Assembly: GCA_049424145.1 (NCBI GenBank)
Contig: JBMSSC010000013.1
Span: 1 to 33,245 of the forward strand
DNA from: Bdellovibrionia bacterium
GTDB lineage: Bacteria > Bdellovibrionota > UBA1018
DNA: 33,245 nucleotides
Direction of reading: 5' to 3'
Part shown: piece by piece, positions 9,655-19,608 of the stretch
How positions within the stretch are numbered: position 1 is the first letter of the stretch
Layout: each line of letters begins with the position of its first letter
Position numbers and translations under genes: made by a program
Notes under the pieces: model-generated
Told to the model about the DNA's origin: nothing
The model's database searches: none
What the model saw: only the letters and a program-made list of their open reading frames with translations

Positions 9655-9711
9655 CAAATTCAGAAGATGGGATTAAATCGGTTTTTTAACCAATTTGAAA
9701 ATAAAAATCCC

Positions 9712-10359
9712 TTAAGGAGTCTTTTCAACAGGAATCAAGACCTCATTGCGCCTTAAAAACCAGGGAGTCCAGGGTGGATTGTACCGTGCCAACATCGGGG
9801 CACCACAAGGCTTCCATCCATTTTTTTTGATCCATTCAAGAAGGGCCTGTTTTTTTTCTTCAAACCGCTCCTGAGACCAAGTCCCTGAGTACTCATAGGC
9901 AGCAATCCAATGAGCAGGAAGCTCTCGGAGAGAGACTCGGGCGTCATTGGGTTTGGGAAGGGTGGCCAGAGTGTACTCAGAGGGCATGCTAAAAGTGATT
10001 CTCCATTGAGTCTCAGAGGCTTTCTCAAGCCCGACGGGTGAAGTCATGGCAATCTTTTGACCCTCTCCTTCGGACTGAACCACGGGAGCGGTCATGGCCA
10101 CTTTTTTCGATCCCTGGTTTCCGCCAAAAATGTATCCCGCAAGCCTCCGAAACCCCTCACTACTGGCATCTTCAAATCGACTATCCACTAAAGTCTCGGC
10201 CACGATGTAGGGCGCATACTCTCTGAGCGCCATGGATTCCTCCGCACGAAGGACTTTAAACTGCGGCTCCTCAATGGCCATAGCCCACCCCATCATGCAG
10301 TAAAATACGATCACTCCCCACCCACCGTATTGAATTGCCTGTCTGAAAAGTGACTTCAA
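9712..10359 (-). CDS. SOUL heme-binding protein, probably exported
   Basis: AIEEP, GFRRLAGYIFGGN, VAMTAPV, LPKPND, ARYNPPWTPWFLRRNEV; AAGGAG RBS before TTG. Confidence 0.92.
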   Translation of the reverse strand: MKSLFRQAIQYGGWGVIVFYCMMGWAMAIEEPQFKVLRAEESMALREYAPYIVAETLVDSRFEDASSEGFRRLAGYIFGGNQGSKKVAMTAPVVQSEGEGQKIAMTSPVGLEKASETQWRITFSMPSEYTLATLPKPNDARVSLRELPAHWIAAYEYSGTWSQERFEEKKQALLEWIKKNGWKPCGAPMLARYNPPWTPWFLRRNEVLIPVEKTP

Positions 10360-10410
10360 TTTGGATCTCCTTTGGGCCTTGCCCGTTTTCTGGTTTTTGC
10401 TTTTTTTCGA

Positions 10411-11163
10411 TCATCCGGGAGCTCCGCTGTCTTTGATTTTCAACTGAGCTTGAGTAAAACAGCGTCGAACATGAATTCCCTCTTGGACACCCTCAAGACA
10501 CTCATAAAGAGAGACAAGCATGGCTCCTAAAAGCGCAAACTCGGGATGAATCCTGGAGCCTGCCTTGCGGCAGCAGTCAAAAACATCGGCAAAGGTGAAT
10601 TGAAAGGCTTTGAGGGAAAAAACCACTGAGCTTTGATCGCCCAAACCAAAATGCGAGAGAATCACAGATTTTGCCTCAAAAATCCCCAGCTCTTTTAAAG
10701 CTCGATCAAACTCAGGGCCATCGTCCTGATAGAAGCCTCGATATAAAGCACGAACGGCTTGAAGAAATGCGGGTGAGGGCTGATGAACATAGGCTGCAGG
10801 AGCCCAAGTGAGCTGTCCTGAGGGAAGAAGACCCCATCGTTCTTTTCTAAAGTCTAAAAGCCAAGTCTGAGCGCCTAGGATTTGACAAAAGTAGACTTCC
10901 AAGATTTGCTCAGCCAGCCTAAGAGTCACTTGAAGCCCAGATGGCTCCCCCCCTACCCCGAGTTGAACCCTCACAGGACTGACCCAGTGAGCCACTTCTT
11001 TCTGCGCCTGAGAGAGAAGTTGAAGATCACGCGAGCTTCGAACCATGCGTGAGATGACCCCGAGAGTCTCTCGGACTGAGATGACAGAGAAAAACTGCGG
11101 CGAAACGAATCGAGCTAATGCTTTAAACTCAGTTTCTTTTAAAAAATAACTCCACAAGCTCAT
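10411..11163 (-). CDS. Hypothetical protein (weak resemblance to the C-terminal part of ABC1/UbiB kinases)
   Basis: 250-codon ORF from ATG 11163 within a co-oriented cluster; YF.QI....LLDF; start uncertain (frame is open to 11379). Confidence 0.6.
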   Translation of the reverse strand: MSLWSYFLKETEFKALARFVSPQFFSVISVRETLGVISRMVRSSRDLQLLSQAQKEVAHWVSPVRVQLGVGGEPSGLQVTLRLAEQILEVYFCQILGAQTWLLDFRKERWGLLPSGQLTWAPAAYVHQPSPAFLQAVRALYRGFYQDDGPEFDRALKELGIFEAKSVILSHFGLGDQSSVVFSLKAFQFTFADVFDCCRKAGSRIHPEFALLGAMLVSLYECLEGVQEGIHVRRCFTQAQLKIKDSGAPG

Positions 11164-11387
11164 CACTTTTAGTCCTTGGTAAAAAGAATTCAGGATCCAA
11201 AACACGTCCCAAGAGGGGGCATCTCGGGTCCCCTGAAACAAGGATCCACTCCACCCCTGTTTTTTGATCCATCCTCTCCCCCTCTTTTTTTCACCCGCCT
11301 GCTTCCTTCTCCTCCCCATGCCCGAGATAGAACCGAGCCTCCATTCCCGAGAAAAGCGACGAGCTAAAAGAAGGATCAATCGGACAC

Positions 11388-11771
11388 TTACCTCTTGCAG
11401 TGCCCGTCGACACAGTCATCTTTTCTACGAGGCAAGTACGGTCGCGCACGGATGAACAGAGCATAGCCCAGATTCATCACAGATTGGGCACCCGGCAATT
11501 TGGAGAGCGCCACCCACCGTCTCAGGGCAGGCAGTCGCTTCCAAATCTCAACAAACCCAGGAACTCCTAAAAATAAAGTGCCCTGCTCATCACGAACATG
11601 AAAGACGCGTTGGACTTCGTCTGGATCTAACCCCTCTTTTTTTGCATCAAAAAGCTCCGATGAAATATCGACCCACTCAATGGCATCTGATCCCTGTTGT
11701 CGCTGGTAGAATTGAATTTCTCGGGAGCATAGGATGCATTTGCCATCAAAATAAACCTTAGCTTTTTCCAT
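11388..11771 (-). CDS. DCC1-like thiol-disulfide oxidoreductase (DUF393)
   Basis: VYFDGKCILCSREI (DxxCxxC), WVDIS, FHV.D..G...G..GF..IW. Confidence 0.9.
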   Translation of the reverse strand: MEKAKVYFDGKCILCSREIQFYQRQQGSDAIEWVDISSELFDAKKEGLDPDEVQRVFHVRDEQGTLFLGVPGFVEIWKRLPALRRWVALSKLPGAQSVMNLGYALFIRARPYLPRRKDDCVDGHCKR

Positions 11772-12360
11772 GAGACGATTTCCTTTCGCTCTGCTTTAGG
11801 GCTTGTTCCAAGGCCAAGAGCAAATCTGGATGATCCGGGGTGATCTCCGATTTGAAGCGAGCTAGAACCTTGCCCTCTCGGCTCACTAAAAACTTTTCAA
11901 AATTCCAAGCAATCGGCTCAGAGGAGGGAGACTGTTTCAACAACCATTGAAAAAGAGGCTGAATGGATGGACCAGAAACAGGACCTTTTGCAAAAAGAGG
12001 AAACTCAACGGCATACTTGGTTTGACAGAAGAACCGAATTTGCTGGGAGGATCCCGGCTCTTGGCCTCCAAAGTCGTTACTAGGAAACCCCAAAACCACT
12101 AGTCCTTGACTTTTAAACTGAGTGTAGAGCTTTTGAAGTCCTGCGTATTGAGGGGTATATCCACACTGAGACGCGGTGTTGACGATGAGCAAAACTTTTC
12201 CTCGATACGGCTTTAGGGTTTGGCTCTCTCCTTCTAACGAGAGAAGTTTTTTCGAATAAATCTCCGATTCAGCAGCTTGAGCTTGAAAAGCAACAGCCGA
12301 GGCTGAAATGAGCGAACAAAGAACACCAAAACGAATGAGGATTGAGTGAAGCAGTTTCAT
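11758..12360 (-). CDS. Glutathione peroxidase (Cys type) with signal peptide
   Basis: VNTASQCGYTPQY, GFPSNDFGGQEPG, WNFEKFLV; hydrophobic N-terminus ending AQA. Confidence 0.95.
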   Translation of the reverse strand: MKLLHSILIRFGVLCSLISASAVAFQAQAAESEIYSKKLLSLEGESQTLKPYRGKVLLIVNTASQCGYTPQYAGLQKLYTQFKSQGLVVLGFPSNDFGGQEPGSSQQIRFFCQTKYAVEFPLFAKGPVSGPSIQPLFQWLLKQSPSSEPIAWNFEKFLVSREGKVLARFKSEITPDHPDLLLALEQALKQSERKSSHGKS

Positions 12361-12375
12361 CAGTTCATCTTAGCA
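12361..12375 (-). promoter_or_regulatory. Candidate extended -10 promoter for a leaderless peroxidase transcript
   Basis: Minus strand TGC-TAAGAT, 6 nt, then ATG; no SD sequence. Confidence 0.4.
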
Positions 12376-12773
12376 CAGTTTGAGACAATTGAGCAGAATC
12401 TGAGTGCATGATGAAAAGCTCTTGAAAAGCGGAGCCAATTCAGGGGTAAAAAAGAATTGAAGTCTAGAACTCCTAGCAGGATCCTCGAAAGCCTAAGAAG
12501 TCTGATCGGGCAATCGGAACACCTTGATTCTTTCTCCTGGGAATTTAAAAACTCAATCATTCCTGAAAAATTAAAACACTCAAAATAAAAAATAAAAAGG
12601 TCAGTTAATTTCATACTTCATTCCCTTCATCTTCGATCGAACGAGAGCTCATTGCTGCGCTCAAACGAATCGAGCAGCTTAAGATTGACAACCTTTAGAG
12701 ACTCTGCGACAGTCCGATCGGTTGGCTATAATGAATTGAATCCACGCATTCAAACTCAAGAGGTCATTATCTT

Positions 12774-13859
12774 ATGAATCTTTGTGGTTCGGATTTGAAG
12801 CAAGCCAAGTTCGGGGGAAGTGTCATCAACCATCCATCTCTGCGCAGCGCAAAACCGATCCAGAAGGTCTTTGTCACTGGAGGAAATGGATTCTTAGGTT
12901 CACACACCGTCGCGCGACTGGTGGCCTGCGGTTACGAAGTCCACTGTCTACTCAGAAAGCAGAGCGACTGGAGCCGAATTGCCCACCTACCCATTCAAAT
13001 CCACTGGGGCGATGTTTTGGATCTTCCCAGTTTAGTTCAGGGAGTAGCCGACTGCGACGCCATCATTCATTTGGCTTGCATCTCAGCTTGGAATCAAATC
13101 TTAAAATGTAAAGACCAACTTGAAAAGGTCGGGATCCAGGGAACTCAGCATGTGCTTGAAGCCGCTCGAATCCGAGGGAACCTCAGAGTGATTCACGTCT
13201 CTTCTGCTGCGGCGATCAATGGAAGTGCGCAGCCCATCGTGTTTAACGAGACGGCACCCTACGAGCTGGATCACTCAACCCTCCTGTACAGCCAAGTGAA
13301 GCATGAGGGGGAGAAGTTAGCGCTCCGTTACCTTGCGGAGTTTCAAACCCCGGTTGTGATCGTGAATCCCGCTGAGGTGTATGGTGAAAACGACGAGCAG
13401 TTAGTGACCGCAAGCAACCTCCTTGAGGTCCTACGAGGAAAGATCTGCTTTATTCCTCAAGGGGGGATGGCACTGGCTCACGTGGAGGACATTAGCCGGG
13501 GAATCGTCCTAGCTTTAGAGAAGGGCCGAGTAGGAGAGCGTTATATCTTAGGCGGAGAGAATCTCACGCTTAAGGAGTTTGCGACTCTCGTTAGGAAAAT
13601 CGCAGGGAAGAACAACTGGGTGATTCATGTCCCCCGGGGGCTGTTAAGGTGGATCTGCCGCAAGGTGAGTCAAATGGGGTTCACCCCACCCACGCCACTT
13701 GAGGTTTTAGACTATGCAGTGCTTTATTGGTTTATGGACTCCAGTAAAGCAACTCAGGAGCTCGGCTACCAATTCCGATCTGCCGAGGAGACTTTAAGAA
13801 GCACAGTTCGATGGCTTCTGAGCAGACAACAGTTGCTGCAGACTGGGGGTCAACGATGA
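12774..13859 (+). CDS. NAD-dependent epimerase/dehydratase (extended SDR; HpnA/DFR/3beta-HSD-like)
   Basis: VTGGNGFLG, IHLA, HVSS, YSQVK (YxxxK), VNPAEVYG, GRVGERYILGGENL. Confidence 0.9.
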   Translation: MNLCGSDLKQAKFGGSVINHPSLRSAKPIQKVFVTGGNGFLGSHTVARLVACGYEVHCLLRKQSDWSRIAHLPIQIHWGDVLDLPSLVQGVADCDAIIHLACISAWNQILKCKDQLEKVGIQGTQHVLEAARIRGNLRVIHVSSAAAINGSAQPIVFNETAPYELDHSTLLYSQVKHEGEKLALRYLAEFQTPVVIVNPAEVYGENDEQLVTASNLLEVLRGKICFIPQGGMALAHVEDISRGIVLALEKGRVGERYILGGENLTLKEFATLVRKIAGKNNWVIHVPRGLLRWICRKVSQMGFTPPTPLEVLDYAVLYWFMDSSKATQELGYQFRSAEETLRSTVRWLLSRQQLLQTGGQR

Positions 13860-15145
13860 GTCGAAATCTTCTGCGTTATTCCAGTGACGGCATCGATCTC
13901 AGATCGGCATTCATGCGCTTTTGTGGTTTCCTCCAAGGCAAACCCGTGGTGATCATCGATTCGGATCCCCAATTGGCCGCCAAAGTCCTTCAGAGCTCGC
14001 GAGTGAAAGGAAGCTTCATTGAGCGATTATTTGCCATCCCCGCTTGGAACCCGATTTACTCCGTTGAATCAGAAGATGGGGAGCGCTGGGAAACGCTGGC
14101 GAAAGAATGCCGCCATGTTTTAAACTCGCTCAAATGGAGAGAGAGGATTGAACCGCTAGTTGCCAAGTATGTTTTACAGTTAGAGGAAAAAAAACGGAAT
14201 CACCCCTCTTTTCAAATCGACTCACCAGTAGTTTCCCGCTTGACGCTACGGGTCTTATTTGAGCTTTTATTTGACCAGGGCATTGAGCCCCAAGATGAGG
14301 ATCTCTTCTATCAAGCTTCCTTAGAGTGGCGTAAAGAGATTGCCATTAAGGGAAAGGGTCAACCCCAGGTCAAAGAGGCCTTCTGGTTGCGCTTGAGGGA
14401 AATTGTTTCTGGTTCACGATTTCATGAAGGGCTTGCTCGCTATGCCGATGACCCTGGGATTTGGCTTTCCGTATTTGCTCAGCCTTTTCTCATTTCTCCA
14501 CAGATCAATGTGAGTGATTTTTTTGTCAGTCTTGTTCAGTCTCTCGGGTGCGATAAAAACTTACTGAACCGCGCTCAAACGATTGCTCGGAGTGAAAATC
14601 GATCGGAGCTAACAGGGTTCATTCTGGAGGCTTTAAGGCTCAAGCATCCTTTTCCCATTTTAGAGCGTGAGTTGACTGAGCCGCTTTCCTATCAAGGGGT
14701 TCAATACGCTCGGGGGACGCAATTCTTTATTCTCTTGGACCGATTCCGACAAGAGGAGAGCTTTAATCCCGATCGATGGCGATCTCACTTCAGTCAAAAC
14801 CCCTATCAAGCCATTCCCTTTGGCACGGGGCCTCGCATGTGCTTGGGAAAAGGTCTAGCTCTGGATCTCTTAGTGAGTCTCACTGGAAGCCTTCTGGATC
14901 GATTTGCATGGGAGGATCTGCAACCCGAGGTGGGACATCTCTACAGTGGACGAAATAATGACGGAAAGGAAGGGATTTTTTCTGTTCTCTATCAACTCAA
15001 GAAATTTATCCGGGCGCTTTGGCTCAGCTTCAACTGGGGTTGCCCCATGAAGGGCCTGAAAAAAAAGAGCTGCCCTTTTCTGCTGAAGCCGGCTGATTTT
15101 TCAGAAGGCTCCCAGCAAAGCCCTAAGCATCGGCCCGTGGGATGA
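13856..15145 (+). CDS. Cytochrome P450, atypical I-helix
   Basis: EALR (ExxR), FNPDRW (PERF-like), PFGTGPRMCLG heme motif; ATGA coupling to the SDR gives start 13856. Confidence 0.9.
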   Translation: MSRNLLRYSSDGIDLRSAFMRFCGFLQGKPVVIIDSDPQLAAKVLQSSRVKGSFIERLFAIPAWNPIYSVESEDGERWETLAKECRHVLNSLKWRERIEPLVAKYVLQLEEKKRNHPSFQIDSPVVSRLTLRVLFELLFDQGIEPQDEDLFYQASLEWRKEIAIKGKGQPQVKEAFWLRLREIVSGSRFHEGLARYADDPGIWLSVFAQPFLISPQINVSDFFVSLVQSLGCDKNLLNRAQTIARSENRSELTGFILEALRLKHPFPILERELTEPLSYQGVQYARGTQFFILLDRFRQEESFNPDRWRSHFSQNPYQAIPFGTGPRMCLGKGLALDLLVSLTGSLLDRFAWEDLQPEVGHLYSGRNNDGKEGIFSVLYQLKKFIRALWLSFNWGCPMKGLKKKSCPFLLKPADFSEGSQQSPKHRPVG

Positions 15146-15174
15146 GCAAGGGAGCAGAACCGTCTTCTTCACTC

Positions 15175-16332
15175 TTAAAGACCTAACCACTGGGTCCAAA
15201 AACGACTCACGAACAAGACCAGTCCCACTCCTAGAACCCCATAACCGAGTGTCTCTTTAAAACGATAAGCAGGTGGCTCAAAAAATTCATCAGATGGAGA
15301 CAGCGGAGACGCGTTGTGACTTTGACCTGGATCGTCACTCCACCCTGAAGTCTCCTCCTGCTCTTGAGAGCTAGAGGGTTCAGAGTGAACCGAGTTTTCC
15401 TGAACCTCCGAAGCCACGGCTTGAGCGCCAATCGCATCTTGTCTCCGCTCATAGACAAAGAGACGATCCGAGTAGCCGGGCCAGTTTGGAATTTCTACTT
15501 CCTCGACAAGATGAAACTTCTCATTGAGCAGATGAAAAAAAGCGGGATCCCCCATGGCTGGAGCACACGGGGTTCCAACAAACGATTGGGGTGACTCGCC
15601 GACATAAATGACTCGGGACCCCTGAAAATGCCTCAAAGCTTCAATTGAAAACTCTCCACGGGGAGGCCAAACGAGCAGTAACGTATGATGAGCGTACTGA
15701 TCCCAGGGGACTTCCAAGACATTGGCTCGCTTGATCTGAGGGAACCAAAGAGTCTGCGGACGGTGAGCTCCGATCTCCTCCCAAAAGAAATTATCATAAG
15801 CCTCAATAGAAACTCCATTTTGATGAATCAGATGAGCCCAGTAGCCCGAACCTGCACCGACTTCAACAATCGGCCCAAAGCGAGAAATCGTCTCAATCGC
15901 GTGATCATTGGGAATAGCCCACGCGTATTGATTGATGAGTGGCATCAGGTAATCTCGCGTGTAGAAGATTTCACGTTTTTTTAAATCCCACCGAACTGAA
16001 GTGTATTGAGATTGAACGTCCTGTAAGTTGCCCTCCGCTTGTTCTCGCTCACTCATCGCATTCATCAGATCATCCAGCCGACCGGGAGCCCAAAAGGGCT
16101 CAAGAAGAACGGGATCTGAGCAAGCGAATTGATAACGGACTTTTGCCGATCTGACCTCTCGACAAAGACTATCTAGTTCATTTCTCTTTTGAAGAACAGG
16201 AGCGTAGGCTCGCTCCAACTCAGGAAGTTTTTGCTCATAGAGAACTTCAAAATCATTGGCTGCAAAGGCTTGAGACAGCCCAAGCAAAAAAATAAAACTA
16301 AAAAAAGACAACTTTCTATCAACTAAAATCAT
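15175..16332 (-). CDS. Exported, C-terminally anchored protein with class I SAM methyltransferase-like domain
   Basis: Signal peptide ending AFA; coiled coil; YAWAIP..IVEVGAGSGYWA..AYD..LLLVWPP..VIYVGE; acidic Ser-rich linker; C-terminal hydrophobic helix. Confidence 0.75.
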   Translation of the reverse strand: MILVDRKLSFFSFIFLLGLSQAFAANDFEVLYEQKLPELERAYAPVLQKRNELDSLCREVRSAKVRYQFACSDPVLLEPFWAPGRLDDLMNAMSEREQAEGNLQDVQSQYTSVRWDLKKREIFYTRDYLMPLINQYAWAIPNDHAIETISRFGPIVEVGAGSGYWAHLIHQNGVSIEAYDNFFWEEIGAHRPQTLWFPQIKRANVLEVPWDQYAHHTLLLVWPPRGEFSIEALRHFQGSRVIYVGESPQSFVGTPCAPAMGDPAFFHLLNEKFHLVEEVEIPNWPGYSDRLFVYERRQDAIGAQAVASEVQENSVHSEPSSSQEQEETSGWSDDPGQSHNASPLSPSDEFFEPPAYRFKETLGYGVLGVGLVLFVSRFWTQWLGL

Positions 16333-16736
16333 GAATGAATCTTTCAGAAATCACAGGTCAATCCAAGCCTTTTTCAGGTCTCTTCTTGAATTCAACAATA
16401 AGATTGGTTACCCCGATGCTTCGTCTTAACAGGAGGACAGGTAGAATTCAATTTAGAATCATAATGAGTTTAAAAAATAGTTTGATCTCAACTTTTAATC
16501 TACTACTAATTTCATTTAAAGAATGATGTTGCGATCGATCCCATTCATTCATTGGACTCAACGAAGCTCCCTGACGTCTTCTTTTTTTTAGTTCGATTCT
16601 CTTTTTACGTTTTGATATTTCGTTTCAGGGATTTGTATTTCTGATGAACCCCACTTCAATCTTTCTGCCCAGTAAACGACTTCCTCTGCCCCCTGACTGA
16701 TCCCATTTCAAAATCACGCTATAGGACCTAAGTCGC

Positions 16737-19415
16737 TCATCCAAGTTTTTGCTTAGCCCTGAGTCGAACCCACAGTTTTTCACCTTCAACGCTCAGAAAA
16801 ACTGTACTTGAGGCCAAAAAACAAATCATCATTTCAGAGAAACTCAAGGGCGTTGTCTTTAAGAACCGACTCAAAGGGCCCCAGAAAAGAGCGGCTGTTT
16901 GGAGTGTGAAGGTCAGAGTGACGGCAAACAGAAGCATGGGATTTGAATTGAACCTCAGTTGAAAAAACGACTTCTCTTCAGATCGAATGGCGAGCACATG
17001 TCCCATCTGAACCCAAGTAAGGACGGTAAAACCCATACTCTGCCAATGAGGATTTTCCATGGAGTAAGCCCAACGAGCCACTCCAAGAGTAGATGCCGCT
17101 GTTAGGAGTCCGACCCAAAGGGCATGAACGCCAAGACCTCGAGACAAGATCTGCTCCTGAGGGTCTCTGGGTTTCCTTCGCATGATCAAGGAACTTTCGG
17201 GCTCAAAGGCCAAGGCCAAGCCAGGAAGACCATCGGTCACCAGATTCACCCAGAGGATTTGGATCGGCGTCAGCGGCAGGGGTAACCCTAAAAAGGGGGC
17301 AAAAAAAAGAGTCCAGACCTCCCCTGAGTTCCCAGAAAGGGCAAATCGGATGAACTTCCTGATGTTGTCATAAATTCTTCGTCCTTCGGAGACTGCAGCC
17401 ACCAGGGTTTCGAGTTGATCATCTAGTAGGACCACGTGAGCTGCCTGACGAGCGACATCAGTGCCCGATAAACCCATTGCCACCCCAATATCCGCTCCTT
17501 GAAGGGCTGGAGCATCATTAATACCATCTCCTGTCATGGCAACAATCTGTCCCTTTTTTTTGAGCGCCTCGATGATTCGAATCTTTTGATCGGGCGTCAC
17601 TCGCGCATAGACTGAAATCTGAAGCACTCTCCGCTGGAGCGCCTCATCGGACAGAGACCTAAGCTCTGCTCCTGTGATCAACTCGGACGCTGAGGAGGAA
17701 ATCCCAAGCTTCTGGGCAATCGCCTGAGCCGTATGCGGATGATCCCCCGTCATCATCACGATGCGGATTCCCGCCTGATGACACACTTCAATCACCTCTT
17801 TGGTTTTCTTTCGAGGTGGGTCCATTAGAGCAACTAGACCCACAAAACGGAGATGAGATTCCACCTCTGCGGGTGATCGATTCAGATCCTCTATGGAAGA
17901 GGATCGATGAGCTAGGGCTAGAACACGGAATCCCTGAACCGCCATTTGCTCCGCACAGCCCAAAATATGAGAGGAACAAAACGCCTGCTTGCCCTGCGCA
18001 CTGAGCGTTTCATCACACAGGGGGAGAACTTTCTCAGGGGCTCCTTTGACTAAGAGCAAGAGTTCATCGGAGCTCAGGCGATGAAACGTACTCATCATTC
18101 CTCGTTCCGGAGTAAAAGGGATCTCACCTACTCGAGGGAACTGCTTTTGAAGATTTTCCTCATGAATCCCCATCTCACGCAGAGCCTGAACTAAAGCCGT
18201 CTCCGTTGGATCTCCGAGTAACTCTCCATTTTCTCCCACTGTGACGTCCTGATTGAGTGCTAGGATTTGCGTCAACGCTCTTCCGTCCGTCTCAGAAAGC
18301 ACATCATTTGAAATCTGAGAACGAAAGGACCCTCTAAAAAAAAAGCCCTCCACCGCCATTCGATTCTCCGTGAGAGTTCCCGTCTTATCCGAACCAATGA
18401 AGGTCACAGACCCCAACGTCTCCACGGCAGAGAGTTGACGAATGACTGCTTTTTTTTGACTCATGGCGCGAGCCCCTACGGCTAACGTCGCGCTAATTAC
18501 TGCGGGTAAAGCCTCGGGGATTGCTGCAACCGCAAGGCTTAAAGCGGTCATCAGCATCAGCCCAGGCTTCTCCCCCCGGAGGATTCCCAGAGTGAAGATA
18601 AAAAAACAAAGCCCTCCAACGCCAAAAACGAGGAATCGCGCAAACGCCCCGAGCTTTCTCCCAAGTGGGGTTTGAATCTCGCTGGGTTTCTCTAACAGCA
18701 GAGCCACCTGCCCCAACTCCGTGTCCATCCCCGTGCTCACAACTAATCCAAGAGCTCTTCCAGAGCTCACCAAAGTACCTTGAAAATCCATGTTTTGCTG
18801 ATCTGAGACTGGAAGATCCAAAACCTCAATGGACTCACATCGTTTATCCACCGGCTGAGACTCCCCTGTCAGCATGGACTCATTGGTTCTCAGCTGATGA
18901 CACTCCATCAGCCTTAGATCAGCAGGAACACAATTGCCGGCTTCAAGGAAGACCAGGTCACCTGGGACAAGCTCTCTTGAGGAGATCATCTTCACGTTTC
19001 CATCTCTCCTCACTCGTGCGCGGGGTTCAGCTAAGACCCGGAGAGAGTCAAGGGTTCTCTCAGCTCGATACTCCTGAAAAAACCCAAGCACTGCGTTGAG
19101 AAACACGAGACTTAAAATCACAAGGGAGTCCTGAATGTCACCGAGAAAGCTCGCAAGAACCGATGCAAAAATCAGAATCAAAACCAGAAAATGTCGAAAC
19201 TGAGAGATCCAGATCCTCCAAACCGTCATCTTCCTGGATTCCTCCAAGCAATTCTCGCCAAAACGAACGCGTCTGCTGAGGACTTCATTGCTCGATAGCC
19301 CCTTTTCCAGACTGCACTGATGCTCCTTCAGTACTTGAGCGGGGGACTTTTGAACCCAAGTTATCCTACGAGCGGTTGGAATGTTTTGCTGTGGCACCCC
19401 AAAGTAAGAGAGCAA
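16737..19415 (-). CDS. Cation-transporting P-type ATPase (P2A, Ca2+-type)
   Basis: TGES, IPEALP, DKTGTLT, KGAPE, MDPPR, TGD, GDGINDAPAL, QILWVNLVTDG; start uncertain. Confidence 0.95.
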   Translation of the reverse strand: MLSYFGVPQQNIPTARRITWVQKSPAQVLKEHQCSLEKGLSSNEVLSRRVRFGENCLEESRKMTVWRIWISQFRHFLVLILIFASVLASFLGDIQDSLVILSLVFLNAVLGFFQEYRAERTLDSLRVLAEPRARVRRDGNVKMISSRELVPGDLVFLEAGNCVPADLRLMECHQLRTNESMLTGESQPVDKRCESIEVLDLPVSDQQNMDFQGTLVSSGRALGLVVSTGMDTELGQVALLLEKPSEIQTPLGRKLGAFARFLVFGVGGLCFFIFTLGILRGEKPGLMLMTALSLAVAAIPEALPAVISATLAVGARAMSQKKAVIRQLSAVETLGSVTFIGSDKTGTLTENRMAVEGFFFRGSFRSQISNDVLSETDGRALTQILALNQDVTVGENGELLGDPTETALVQALREMGIHEENLQKQFPRVGEIPFTPERGMMSTFHRLSSDELLLLVKGAPEKVLPLCDETLSAQGKQAFCSSHILGCAEQMAVQGFRVLALAHRSSSIEDLNRSPAEVESHLRFVGLVALMDPPRKKTKEVIEVCHQAGIRIVMMTGDHPHTAQAIAQKLGISSSASELITGAELRSLSDEALQRRVLQISVYARVTPDQKIRIIEALKKKGQIVAMTGDGINDAPALQGADIGVAMGLSGTDVARQAAHVVLLDDQLETLVAAVSEGRRIYDNIRKFIRFALSGNSGEVWTLFFAPFLGLPLPLTPIQILWVNLVTDGLPGLALAFEPESSLIMRRKPRDPQEQILSRGLGVHALWVGLLTAASTLGVARWAYSMENPHWQSMGFTVLTWVQMGHVLAIRSEEKSFFQLRFNSNPMLLFAVTLTFTLQTAALFWGPLSRFLKTTPLSFSEMMICFLASSTVFLSVEGEKLWVRLRAKQKLG

Positions 19416-19608
19416 GAAGTAAACCGATCAACTTGAAGTCACACGCTGAAAAGCAGAAAAGGCGTGAAACCGAGACTTCATTCCTCGTTTCGATTTCTTT
19501 CTTGGATGCGTCATTTTCGACGCATTACCAAAATAATGCGGTGTGTTATTCTTTTAGAAACGACTACCGAGGTGAGGCTTCTGGGTTTTAAAGAAAAAGA
19601 GGATTCAG

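Noticed and set aside
11758..12360. Selenocysteine glutathione peroxidase
   Set aside because: Catalytic codon is TGT (Cys); no in-frame TGA
12685..12732. Perfect TTGACA and TATAAT upstream of the SDR as one promoter
   Set aside because: They are 36 nt apart, so they cannot form one sigma70 promoter
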